From an uncultured Alphaproteobacteria bacterium (lineage in GTDB: Bacteria; Pseudomonadota; Alphaproteobacteria; CAAGCB01; CAG-977), in the NCBI GenBank assembly GCA_944393745.1, contig CALYBD010000001.1, positions 2,372 to 66,371 of the forward strand: DNA of 64,000 nucleotides, written 5' to 3'. Positions 1 through 9,001 of the stretch are shown here, piece after piece. The notes beneath the pieces are model-generated. The model did not search any database, had not been told where the DNA came from, and saw only the letters and a list, made by a program, of their open reading frames with translations. The position numbers were made by a program, and so were the translations under genes. Each line of letters opens with the position of its first letter. Within the stretch, counting starts at the first letter, position 1.

Positions 1-358
1 TTCTGCCGACACCGGGCAATTTTTGCAAAGTATCAACATCTTTTGGAATTTCACCGTGAAATTTTTCGATCAATTCTTTTGATAAAGCGATAATATTCTT
101 TGCTTTGCTGTTAAACAAACCGATTGAACGAATATATTCTTTGAGTTTTTCTTCCCCCAACGCCAACATTTTTTCGGGCGTCGGAGCTTGTTTAAACAAA
201 GCAGGTGTTGCTTTGTTTACATTTTTGTCCGTTGTCTGAGCCGACAAAACAATGGCAACCAGTAACGTATAAGGCGAATCGAAATTTAATTCGCATTTCG
301 GTTCCGGATTTGCTTTTTTCAAACGGAAAAAAAATTCTTTTATGTCTTCTTTTTTCAT
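1..358 (-). CDS. nth: Endonuclease III (HhH-GPD DNA glycosylase), 3' end truncated by window edge
   Basis: Not in ORF track. Manual minus-strand translation from ATG at 358: MKKEDIKEFFFRLKKANPEPKCELNFDSPYTLLVAIVLSAQTTDKNVNKATPALF...IRSIGLFNSKAKNII...LQKLPGVGR, with the VLSAQ-TD and HhH LPGVGR motifs. Confidence 0.95.
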   Translation of the reverse strand, partial: MKKEDIKEFFFRLKKANPEPKCELNFDSPYTLLVAIVLSAQTTDKNVNKATPALFKQAPTPEKMLALGEEKLKEYIRSIGLFNSKAKNIIALSKELIEKFHGEIPKDVDTLQKLPGVGR

Positions 359-361
359 GTT

Positions 362-1237
362 TTAAAAACCGAATCTGGATAAAACGGCATCAATACGCGG
401 CAACGGTTCGGCACCGAACAGTTTAACGTTTAACAACATCGGATACAAATTATAAATACTTTGCCTGTATTCGAAAAATCCCGGTCGGAACGGGTGCAGT
501 TCATTATATTTATTAAAGAAAACGGAACTTAAAGAAGACTGTTCGCCGCAAAAAACAAATTCGAATTCAGGATCCCCGAAATAAATTCCCGGATCAACAA
601 AAGCCTTGATTTTACCGTGATGACACAGGACCGTGCTGGATCCGATATCCCCGTGCAGTAAAGCCGGTTTTGGCGGTTCGTCCAGATAAGCTTCTGTTTT
701 TTCTGAAAATTTTTCTATCCGCCTCATCATTTCAATCGGCAGATGCCCTGCGTCCAAAGCCTGACGCGCCATATACAACAGCCGATGTTGCGTAAAAAAA
801 GGCACCCATTTTTCCGTTTTCGGATTGGGTTGTCTGACTCCGCCGCGCAACGTATCGTAATCAAAACCGAAAAAATCCGACGTCACGGCATGCAACCTGG
901 CCAGATGTTCGGCGGCCTCCGGTTCCGACTCAACGCTCAACGTGCCGTCCGCAACGATATATTCGTGCACCAGCGCGTCTTGCCCCGAATAAAACAGTTC
1001 GGGCATCGGCAGTTGCGTATGATGTTTCAGATAATCCATTGTCGCGCCTTCTATTGCCAAATCGCCCGAAGAATCTTTGGACAATTTAACAACGACCTGC
1101 GATCCGTCCGACAAAACAACATGTTTGGCATCGGCAAAGCCGCCGGCCAGCGTTGCGGCAGAAACGACCAACTTACCCGTAGACGTTTCGACAATACGCG
1201 TAATTTGATCAGACAACGGATTATTTTCAACCTGCAT
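362..1237 (-). CDS. Fructosamine/ribulosamine kinase family protein
   Basis: FGFDYDT..GG..QPN, W..FF..HRL, PALLHGD, DP..YFGDPE.E, IYNLYP.L motifs; overlaps the LMW-PTP gene. Confidence 0.88.
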   Translation of the reverse strand: MQVENNPLSDQITRIVETSTGKLVVSAATLAGGFADAKHVVLSDGSQVVVKLSKDSSGDLAIEGATMDYLKHHTQLPMPELFYSGQDALVHEYIVADGTLSVESEPEAAEHLARLHAVTSDFFGFDYDTLRGGVRQPNPKTEKWVPFFTQHRLLYMARQALDAGHLPIEMMRRIEKFSEKTEAYLDEPPKPALLHGDIGSSTVLCHHGKIKAFVDPGIYFGDPEFEFVFCGEQSSLSSVFFNKYNELHPFRPGFFEYRQSIYNLYPMLLNVKLFGAEPLPRIDAVLSRFGF

Positions 1238-1718
1238 AGTGTTTATCCTGTATATACTTCAACAAACCGTCACAGGCTGATTTTATCATATCAAACACAT
1301 TTTGAAAGCCTTCTTTTCCCCCGAAATAAGGGTCCGGCACATCTTTTGTCCCGTATTGCGGCGCAAAACGCATCATCAAAGCCAGCTCCGCCCTGTCATG
1401 CGCCGGACTAAAGCCCGGCCGCATTTCTTCGAGAGCCTGTAAATGCGTTGAATCCAGAGCGACAATTAAGTCAAAATCCTTAAAATCGTCCCGGACAACT
1501 TTCCTTGCGCGAAGGGACAAGATGTCCACACCGTTATTCAAGGCTGCTTTAACGGCCCTTGCGTCCGGCGGTTCGCCGGCATGCCAGCCGCTAATTCCTG
1601 CCGAATCTACCGAAATGACGTCCCCCAGTCCCGCGTGTTCGACCATCTGGCTGAACACGCCCTCGGCCGTTGGAGAACGGCATATGTTTCCGGTACATAC
1701 GAACAAGACTTTGTACAT
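1227..1718 (-). CDS. Low-molecular-weight protein-tyrosine phosphatase
   Basis: VLFVCTGNICRSP P-loop, DSAG, VPDPYFG. Confidence 0.95.
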   Translation of the reverse strand: MYKVLFVCTGNICRSPTAEGVFSQMVEHAGLGDVISVDSAGISGWHAGEPPDARAVKAALNNGVDILSLRARKVVRDDFKDFDLIVALDSTHLQALEEMRPGFSPAHDRAELALMMRFAPQYGTKDVPDPYFGGKEGFQNVFDMIKSACDGLLKYIQDKHYAG

Positions 1719-1850
1719 ATTTTGATAAAACCATAAAAAAGTTAATAAAAAATAAAATGCTTTTCTAGCCTTCCGAACTGTTGATTCTCTGGCTTTTTTT
1801 ATTATTTTATGATATATAAAAGTAATTTTTTCGACTGAAGGAGTAAAATA

Positions 1851-2582
1851 ATGGCTTTTGACACAAACCGGGACAGTGTTATTTCCCGCACCGGCGCGCT
1901 GGAAATTGACGAAGGACTGCGCCAGTATATGCTGAAGGTCTATAATTATATGACCATCGGGCTTTTAATTACGGCAGGCGTCAGCTTTTTTCTGGCGAAA
2001 TCTTCATTGGGACTGCTTTTCTTTTCCGCCGAAACGGGACAACCGACTTTGGCGGGCTGGATTGCCATTTTGGCTCCTTTCGCGTTGATTTTCATGATGG
2101 GATCGGCCGTTTCTTCGGGAAATGCCGCAAAAGCTTTTACGCTGTTTGTCGCTTATTCCGGCCTGTTCGGTGTTTCTTTAACAACGATTTTCTGGGCTTA
2201 TACCGGCATCAGCATTCTGCGCGTTTTTCTGATTACCGCCGGAATGTTTGCGGCAATGAGCCTGTACGGCTATACAACCAAACGCGATTTAACGAAATTC
2301 GGGTCTTTTATGATGATGGGGCTGATCGGCATTATTATCGCCATGTTTGTTAACATCTTTCTTAAAAGTCCGGCTTTATATTTCACGACTTCCGTTCTCG
2401 GCGTTGTCATTTTTGTCGGTCTGACTGCCTGGGATACTTGGAAAATCCGCGAAATCTACAACGGTCATGATGCTGATAACGTTATTACCGGCAAAGCCAT
2501 CTACGGCGCATTGATGCTGTATATGGACTTTATCAATCTGTTTATTTATCTGTTGCGCTTTTTCGGTGATCGCAGAGATTAA
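1851..2582 (+). CDS. Bax inhibitor-1/YccA family membrane protein
   Basis: IDEGLRQYMLKVYNYM, YGYTTKRDL, GALMLYMDFINLF; about 7 TM helices; RBS GAAGGAG. Confidence 0.93.
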   Translation: MAFDTNRDSVISRTGALEIDEGLRQYMLKVYNYMTIGLLITAGVSFFLAKSSLGLLFFSAETGQPTLAGWIAILAPFALIFMMGSAVSSGNAAKAFTLFVAYSGLFGVSLTTIFWAYTGISILRVFLITAGMFAAMSLYGYTTKRDLTKFGSFMMMGLIGIIIAMFVNIFLKSPALYFTTSVLGVVIFVGLTAWDTWKIREIYNGHDADNVITGKAIYGALMLYMDFINLFIYLLRFFGDRRD

Positions 2583-2590
2583 ACAAAATA

Positions 2591-2617
2591 AAAACGGAGC
2601 TTCGGCTCCGTTTTTTT
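2591..2617 (+). terminator. Rho-independent terminator
   Basis: AAAACGGAGC-TTCG-GCTCCGTTTTTTT. Confidence 0.9.
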
Positions 2618-2631
2618 ATTCTAAAAAAAAC

Positions 2632-2660
2632 TTGCAATTTCAAGATATAACACGTATAAA
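2632..2660 (+). promoter_or_regulatory. Sigma70-type promoter of rpmI-rplT
   Basis: TTGCAA (2632-2637), 17-nt spacer, TATAAA (2655-2660). Confidence 0.7.
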
Positions 2661-2665
2661 AAAGA

Positions 2666-2720
2666 GCCCTTAAGAGGGAATCGCATTTTCCGGGCTATAA
2701 ACAGGGCAGCCTGAAAATGC
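2666..2720 (+). promoter_or_regulatory. Candidate structured ribosomal-protein (L20) leader
   Basis: GCATTTTC (2683-2690) pairs with GAAAATGC (2713-2720), extended by GGGCT/AGCCT; loop AGGGC is complementary to GCCCT (2666-2670). Confidence 0.45.
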
Positions 2721-2755
2721 CGAACCGTTCAATATTTCTAAACAAGGAGACGGAA

Positions 2756-2953
2756 ATGCCCAAATTAAAAACAAAAAGTTCGGTCAAAAAGCGTTTTGCC
2801 CGTACGGGTTCCGGTGCGATCAAGCACGGATACGCCTGCAAACGCCATCGTTTGATTTCCAAAGGTACGAAAATGAAACGCAAAGCGCGCGGAACAACGT
2901 TGCTGCGCGAATGCGATTTTAAGATTATCGATCGGTTCATGCCGTATAATTAA
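2756..2953 (+). CDS. rpmI: 50S ribosomal protein L35
   Basis: [18 protein letters not shown]; true start at 2756 after AAGGAG (the ORF track starts 13 codons too early). Confidence 0.97.
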   Translation: MPKLKTKSSVKKRFARTGSGAIKHGYACKRHRLISKGTKMKRKARGTTLLRECDFKIIDRFMPYN

Positions 2954-2964
2954 GGAGAAAAAAG

Positions 2965-3321
2965 ATGGCTCGTGTAAAACGCGGTGTAACCGCTCATTTC
3001 AAACATAAAAAAGTTTTAAAACTTGCCAAAGGGTATCGCGAAAGCAATTCCAAATTGTATCGTATTGCCTTGGAAAAGGTCGAAAAAGGCCTGCAATATG
3101 CTTATCGCGACCGTCGCAAGAAAAAAAGCAATTTCCGTGCGTTGTGGATTCAGCGTATTAATGCGGGCGCCCGTGAATACGGATTGACATATTCCAAATT
3201 CATGAACGGCCTGCGCAAAACAGGCATTGAAATGGACAGAAAAATTCTGGCCGATCTGGCAATGAATCAACCGGCAGCTTTTGCCAAAGTCGTTGAACAG
3301 GTCAAAGCTGCGCTGAACTAA
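2965..3321 (+). CDS. rplT: 50S ribosomal protein L20
   Basis: [37 protein letters not shown]. Confidence 0.98.
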   Translation: MARVKRGVTAHFKHKKVLKLAKGYRESNSKLYRIALEKVEKGLQYAYRDRRKKKSNFRALWIQRINAGAREYGLTYSKFMNGLRKTGIEMDRKILADLAMNQPAAFAKVVEQVKAALN

Positions 3322-3339
3322 GCATTGGAATGCATTGAA

Positions 3340-3364
3340 AAAAGGGGCGCGCTGCGCCCCTTTT
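3340..3364 (+). terminator. Rho-independent terminator
   Basis: AAAAGGGGCGC-GCT-GCGCCCCTTTT. Confidence 0.8.
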
Positions 3365-3394
3365 GCTTAAAAAACCACATAAGGACAAACGGTG

Positions 3395-4489
3395 ATGAGT
3401 GAATTAGACACACTTCAAACACAACTGTTACAGCAAATAGAAAACGCTTCCACTTTGGCGGATTTGGATTCCGTTCGCGTTTCCGCTTTGGGCAAAAAAG
3501 GAATTATTACCGAAAAAATGAAATCTCTGGGGGCTATGGCGCCCGAAGAACGCAAAGCCGCCGGACAGCAGTTTAATGCCGTCAAAAACGCCCTGGCTGA
3601 AGCCATTGAAACAAAAAAACAACAACTGGAAGAAGCGGAAATCAACGCTCGGCTGGCTCGTGAGGCCGTTGACATTACTTTGCCCGCCCGCCCGGAAAAA
3701 CAGGGACGCATTCATCCGTTGTATCAGACGTATGACGAAGTTGTGGCCATCTTCGGTCAAATGGGTTTTGAAGTGGCCGAAGGTCCCGATATCGAAGACG
3801 ATTTTCATAATTTTACGGCTTTAAACACGCCTAAGAATCACCCGGCCCGTCAAATGCAGGATACTTTCTATCTGAACGGAGAAGAAAACGGCGAAAAGTT
3901 TATTGTCCGCACGCAAACATCTGCCGTTCAAATCCGTACGATGGAAAAGCAGACTCCGCCCGTCCGCGTCATTGTTCCGGGCAGAACATACCGCTGTGAT
4001 TATGACGCGACGCACGCCCCGATGTTCCATCAGGTCGAAGGGCTGATTGTCGATAAAGAAACCAACATGGCGCATTTAAAAGGGTGTTTAACAGAATTTG
4101 TTAAAACATTTTTCGAACTGGACGATGTGCCTGTTCGTTTTCGGCCGTCTTTTTTTCCGTTTACGGAACCGTCCGCCGAAATGGACATCGGTTGTTCGCG
4201 CACCGGCGGAGAACTGAAAATCGGTGTCGGCAACGATTGGTTGGAAATTCTGGGCTGCGGCATGGTGCACCCGAATGTATTAAAAGCATGTCACATTGAC
4301 CCTGATGTTTATCAGGGATTTGCTTTCGGGATCGGCCTGGACCGTTTGGCCATGCTGAAATACGCAATTCCCGATTTGCGTATGTTTTTCGAATCCGATA
4401 TGCGCTGGATTAAACATTACGGATTTGTTGCTTTGGATATCCCTTCGACGGGATCGGGATTAAGCATGACGGGAGGAAACAAACGATGA
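3395..4489 (+). CDS. pheS: Phenylalanine--tRNA ligase alpha subunit
   Basis: [37 protein letters not shown]. Confidence 0.98.
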   Translation: MSELDTLQTQLLQQIENASTLADLDSVRVSALGKKGIITEKMKSLGAMAPEERKAAGQQFNAVKNALAEAIETKKQQLEEAEINARLAREAVDITLPARPEKQGRIHPLYQTYDEVVAIFGQMGFEVAEGPDIEDDFHNFTALNTPKNHPARQMQDTFYLNGEENGEKFIVRTQTSAVQIRTMEKQTPPVRVIVPGRTYRCDYDATHAPMFHQVEGLIVDKETNMAHLKGCLTEFVKTFFELDDVPVRFRPSFFPFTEPSAEMDIGCSRTGGELKIGVGNDWLEILGCGMVHPNVLKACHIDPDVYQGFAFGIGLDRLAMLKYAIPDLRMFFESDMRWIKHYGFVALDIPSTGSGLSMTGGNKR

Positions 4490-6867
4490 AATTCACACTT
4501 TCCTGGTTAAAAGATTTTCTGGACACCGATGCGGGCGCCGACGCCATTGCCGAACGTTTAACGGCAATCGGACTGGAAGTCGAAGAAGTCATTGATCCTT
4601 TGGCCGCAATTAAAAATCTGATTATCGTCAGCGTTGACGAATGCGCCCCGCACCCCGATTCCGACCACCTGCATGTTTTAAAAGTCAATACGGGCAAAGA
4701 ACTGTTGCAAATTGTCTGCGGTGCACCGAACGCGCGTGCGGGAATGAAAGGAGTTTTGGCCCGGCCGGGAGATTATATCCCTGCTTTCGGTGAAAAATTA
4801 AAAGCCAGCAAAATCCGCGGCGTTGAAAGCTGCGGTATGATGTGTGCCGAAGACGAACTGGGCATAGGTCCCGATCATACGGGAATCATTGAATGCCCTG
4901 CCGATGCGGTTGTCGGCGCGTCAATCACAACCGTTTATCCGTCTGATCCCGTGTTTGACGTTTCCGTCACACCCAACCGCGGCGATTGTATGAGCGTATA
5001 CGGCATTGCCCGTGATCTGGCCGCATCGGGACTGGGAACGTTAAAGACACCGGAAATAAAGCCTGTCTCCGCAAGCTTTAAAACTGACGTCAAGCTGGTT
5101 AACGAAGCCGTTGAGACGGGGGCGCCTTTCTTTACCCTGCGCGAGATTAAAAACGTTAAAAACGGCCCGTCACCGAAATGGTTACAGGATCGGCTGGCCG
5201 CTGTCGGACTGCGGCCGATTTCCGCATTAGTTGACGTAACGAACTATTTTAATATTACGTTTGGTCGACCTTTGCATGTTTTTGACGCGGACAAAGTCAA
5301 AGGGCAAATCACCGTTCGCAGTGCCAAAAACGGCGAAAAATTGCTGGCTTTGGACGGCAGAGAATATACTTTGTCCGAAGGCATGGTCGTTATTGCCGAT
5401 GAAAACGGCGTCGAATCGATCGGCGGCGTCATGGGCGGTGAAATTTCCGGCTGTCAGGACAATACGACTCGGGTTCTGTTGGAATCGGCTTATTTCGAAC
5501 CGGAAAGCATTGCCAAAACCGGACAGAAACTGATTTTAACATCTGATTCGCGTCAGCGTTTTGAACGCGGAATAGACCCGGCATCAACGATCGGCTGCGG
5601 ATCCGAACTGGCGGCACAGATGATTATGGATTTGTGCGGCGGAGAATGTTCCGAAATTATTATCACCGGAAAAGAACCCGAAAAACCCGCACCGATTTCT
5701 TTTGATCCGAAACGGGTAAAACAATTGTGCGGTATTGATATTTCTGCTTCGGAATGCCGTGATATTTTGGAAAGATTAGGTTGTTCCGTTTCGGTCGAAA
5801 ACGAAATTTTTTCCGTTGTCCGTCCGACATGGCGTTCCGATATTTCCGGCGCTCATGATTTAGTGGAAGAAATCTTGCGCATTTACGGTTATGACCGGTT
5901 GCCGGCTTTGGAATTGCCGCGACCGACGGGCGTACACGGTATACTGCTGCCCAATCAGCGCCGCGAAGCCGCCGTCCGTCGCGCTCTGGCCGGCAGAGGC
6001 GGTTATCAGACGATCACGTGGTCATTTATGGCTTCGAAAGACGCCGATTTATTCCGCACGGCTGATCCGGTTTTAATTGCCAATCCGATCAGTGCGGATT
6101 TAAATGAAATGCGCCCGAATTTGTTGCCGAATTTAATTACGGCGGCCCGATCCAACATTGTCAAAGGTATGCCGGACGGCTGTTTGTTCGAAATCGGTCC
6201 GCAGTTTTTCGGTTTCAAGCCGATGGAACAGGAAACGGTTGCCTGCCTGATTCGTTTCGGGCAGAACAGTCCGCGCCATTGGGCCGTACCGCAGCGTCTT
6301 GTTGACGTTTTTGATGCCAAAGCCGATGTTCTGGCGGCCTTAGATGCGGCCGAAGCGCCTCAAAACGTTCAGATTACGCGTGAAGCGCCGGCCTGGTATC
6401 ACCCCGGCCGTTCGGGAGCAATCAAAATCGGCAAAACGGTATTGGCTTATTTCGGCGAGATTCACCCGAAAATCCTTAAAGCTTTGGACGTAAAGACGGC
6501 TGTCTGTGCCTGCGAAGTCTTTTTGGATCATTTACCGCCGGCAAAGAAAAAACACGGCAAAGGACAAAAGCCTTTAACACTGCCGTCCTTTACGCCGATT
6601 CTACGCGACCTGGCCTTTTTGGCACCGCGGACGACAGAAGCCGAAAAAATTGTTTCCGCCGCCAAAAATACGGACAAGACGCTGATTACGGACGTTTCTG
6701 TCTTTGATCTGTACGAAGGCGATGCCTTGGGGGATAAAAAATCGATTGCCATACAGCTGACAATTCAGCCGGTGGAAAAAACAATGACGGACGAAGAAAT
6801 CGAAAGCGTTTGCCGCCGCGTTGTCGGTGCCGTCAGCGCCGCGACCGGTGCTGTCTTAAGGAGTTAA
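4486..6867 (+). CDS. pheT: Phenylalanine--tRNA ligase beta subunit
   Basis: [44 protein letters not shown] and C-terminal FDX-ACB domain. Confidence 0.98.
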   Translation: MKFTLSWLKDFLDTDAGADAIAERLTAIGLEVEEVIDPLAAIKNLIIVSVDECAPHPDSDHLHVLKVNTGKELLQIVCGAPNARAGMKGVLARPGDYIPAFGEKLKASKIRGVESCGMMCAEDELGIGPDHTGIIECPADAVVGASITTVYPSDPVFDVSVTPNRGDCMSVYGIARDLAASGLGTLKTPEIKPVSASFKTDVKLVNEAVETGAPFFTLREIKNVKNGPSPKWLQDRLAAVGLRPISALVDVTNYFNITFGRPLHVFDADKVKGQITVRSAKNGEKLLALDGREYTLSEGMVVIADENGVESIGGVMGGEISGCQDNTTRVLLESAYFEPESIAKTGQKLILTSDSRQRFERGIDPASTIGCGSELAAQMIMDLCGGECSEIIITGKEPEKPAPISFDPKRVKQLCGIDISASECRDILERLGCSVSVENEIFSVVRPTWRSDISGAHDLVEEILRIYGYDRLPALELPRPTGVHGILLPNQRREAAVRRALAGRGGYQTITWSFMASKDADLFRTADPVLIANPISADLNEMRPNLLPNLITAARSNIVKGMPDGCLFEIGPQFFGFKPMEQETVACLIRFGQNSPRHWAVPQRLVDVFDAKADVLAALDAAEAPQNVQITREAPAWYHPGRSGAIKIGKTVLAYFGEIHPKILKALDVKTAVCACEVFLDHLPPAKKKHGKGQKPLTLPSFTPILRDLAFLAPRTTEAEKIVSAAKNTDKTLITDVSVFDLYEGDALGDKKSIAIQLTIQPVEKTMTDEEIESVCRRVVGAVSAATGAVLRS

Positions 6868-6868
6868 C

Positions 6869-7633
6869 ATGACGAAACAGCCTTTGCTCAACAGCGCCGT
6901 TATCATGCCGAAAAACGGTCAAAAACCGAAACAACTGGTTATTTACCTGCACGGCATGGGCGGAACGGGGGAATCGAACGCCTGGTTTGCCGAAGAATTG
7001 CAACAGGTCATGCCAAACGCCGTTTTTTACATTCCCGACGGGTTAGAAGCCATGGACGGAAACGAAGAAACGCGTCAATGGTTCAGTATTCCCAAAAATT
7101 TTAAAGACATCTGGTTTGCCATTCCGCCCGAAAAGCTGGGAAAAAAGCCGTTGAAGAAACTGACGCGTATGTACAAATGGTATAATTCCGCGGCGTTAAA
7201 AGTCATTGAATTTATCCGAGAGCGCATGAATTTTCATAAAATCGGCGCACAGGACACCTATATTTTCGGCGTTTCTCAGGGAGCCATGATGGCTGTTCAG
7301 ATGATTGCCGAATCCGATCTTTTGGCGGACTGGAGCAAGGAAGGAACATTAATTCCACTGGGCGGTGTCATGATTATTGCCGGCTGTTTAATCAATGCCG
7401 CCGAAGTCGAGGCTCACCCGTCTTTGGCCCGGCCGGAATTTATTCTGATTCACGGTTCCGAAGACATAACGGTGCCTTTCCGCGCCCATTTGCTGACGGA
7501 TAAAATCTTGTACAAATGCGGACAAAGAACAGTTTCAAAAGTCATCTGGGGCAAAGACCACACCTTTTTTGAAAAAGAGGCCATGGACGAGATCCTGCGA
7601 TTGGCAAAACCTTGGGGAGACCGTTATTTATAA
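6869..7633 (+). CDS. Alpha/beta hydrolase (phospholipase/carboxylesterase family)
   Basis: LHGMG oxyanion region, GVSQG nucleophile elbow, HGSEDITVP Asp, DH His. Confidence 0.85.
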   Translation: MTKQPLLNSAVIMPKNGQKPKQLVIYLHGMGGTGESNAWFAEELQQVMPNAVFYIPDGLEAMDGNEETRQWFSIPKNFKDIWFAIPPEKLGKKPLKKLTRMYKWYNSAALKVIEFIRERMNFHKIGAQDTYIFGVSQGAMMAVQMIAESDLLADWSKEGTLIPLGGVMIIAGCLINAAEVEAHPSLARPEFILIHGSEDITVPFRAHLLTDKILYKCGQRTVSKVIWGKDHTFFEKEAMDEILRLAKPWGDRYL

Positions 7634-7637
7634 CAAA

Positions 7638-7667
7638 AAAAAGGCTTCGTTATCGCGAAGCCTTTTT
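7638..7667. terminator. Bidirectional terminator
   Basis: AAAAAGGCTTCG-TTATCG-CGAAGCCTTTTT between convergent genes. Confidence 0.8.
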
Positions 7668-8120
7668 GATATATTCGACCGGCAAGAAGCCCTTGTTTAA
7701 AACGAACATATAGTGCCTGATTCGTTTAAAAAACAGGTCATCATCGTCTTGAACGGACTCCCAGGCCAATTTTGAAAAATCAAGCTGATGCACTTGTTCG
7801 ATTCTGTCACCGTCAAACACCCAAACGGCTTCCACGATTTCATGATTATTTAAAAGATTTTCCGAAAAACAGAAACACTCCCGCCGTTTTTTAAACTCTC
7901 TTATTTTTCGGCAGCCCGTATCGGGCATCTGCTCTGTCAGACAGGAAATCGCCCGCGACCGCCCGGGAAAGATCGTTTCCAAATAATCAAGAATTCTTGC
8001 TTTTTTAAACGTCCCTGCCCTTTGCGCATAGTGGCTTAATTGATTTTCCTTTAATAAAACAGGCGCTTTTATTCCTGTTTCCGACACATCGTTTGTAACG
8101 GTAATATATGAATACAGCAT
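7650..8120 (-). CDS. Hypothetical protein (weak ADP-ribosyltransferase-fold-like pattern)
   Basis: 156-aa ORF: LYSY...ETGIKAP N-terminus and HYMFVL..GFLPVEYI C-terminus. Fold assignment is only an impression. Confidence 0.6.
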   Translation of the reverse strand: MLYSYITVTNDVSETGIKAPVLLKENQLSHYAQRAGTFKKARILDYLETIFPGRSRAISCLTEQMPDTGCRKIREFKKRRECFCFSENLLNNHEIVEAVWVFDGDRIEQVHQLDFSKLAWESVQDDDDLFFKRIRHYMFVLNKGFLPVEYIKKASR

Positions 8121-8251
8121 TTAAAAACGTTCCGATAAAAAACTCTTTTTTCAAAAGAGCAGTCTGTTTTCCTAAGCAATCCCCAAAAAATTACTGGACA
8201 AATTTTTTAGACAAACGTATACTTTCTTCAGATCTCATCGGGAAAAATGTT

Positions 8252-8992
8252 ATGTCTGCTGAAAAAAATTGTAAAGCCACTTTATATTTATGTACACCTG
8301 TCGGAATGCTGAAACCGGGATACAACCCTTATGATCGGTCCGGAATTACGGCGCATACGGGACACGCTTTTGTCGGATTAACCGATGAAACCGGCAAGGA
8401 AACGTTATGGAGTTTTTCTTTTTCGCAGGCCAAAAACGATTTGGCAAAGGTCACCGGTTGTCCCGGCAAACTTTCGCAGTCTTTTCCGCGGTTTTCCGAA
8501 TATAACGAGGCCATTGTCTATCCGATCACACGCGAACAATTTGACGCCGCCAACAAAAAGGTGGACGAGATCAAAAACAAAAAAATGACCTATCGCCTGT
8601 TTTCAACAAACTGTTCAACGGTTGCGTCGTCCATTCTGCGGGCGGCCGGCGTCGGCAAATGCCCGGTCATGGCGTTATCGCCGCATACGCTGACAATGAA
8701 AAAACGGGCGCTATTGACCAAGCGACGGGTTGAAGTGGCCTTTTTTAAAACCAAAAACAAAATCCGGGAAATGTTCGGACAGGAAAAGGCTCCCGAATCG
8801 AAACTGTTGGATAAGTTGCGCTCCAAACCGATGCCCGTTATGATCCGCGAAGGAACCAGAGCTTTTAATTATGAAGAAAAGCTGGATCCCGGCCGCATTG
8901 TCGATATGTTGGTGGATCGAAATGCCCATAAACAAAAAGTATGGGGACAAAAATCTTTCTTTGATAAGATAAAAGATAAGTTTTCCAGATAA
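8252..8992 (+). CDS. Hypothetical protein with permuted papain-like (His...Asn-Cys) motif
   Basis: Likely start MSAEK at 8252, which avoids overlap with the divergent ORF. TGHAFVGL and YRLFSTNCSTVASSILRAAG motifs. Confidence 0.7.
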   Translation: MSAEKNCKATLYLCTPVGMLKPGYNPYDRSGITAHTGHAFVGLTDETGKETLWSFSFSQAKNDLAKVTGCPGKLSQSFPRFSEYNEAIVYPITREQFDAANKKVDEIKNKKMTYRLFSTNCSTVASSILRAAGVGKCPVMALSPHTLTMKKRALLTKRRVEVAFFKTKNKIREMFGQEKAPESKLLDKLRSKPMPVMIREGTRAFNYEEKLDPGRIVDMLVDRNAHKQKVWGQKSFFDKIKDKFSR

Positions 8993-9001
8993 AGAGAAAA
9001 A

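Noticed and set aside
743-1411. Long antisense and alternative-frame ORFs throughout the track (e.g. 743-1411, 12134-12700, 30407-31027, 61252-61875)
   Set aside because: They shadow well-supported genes on the opposite strand and show no motifs or RBS.
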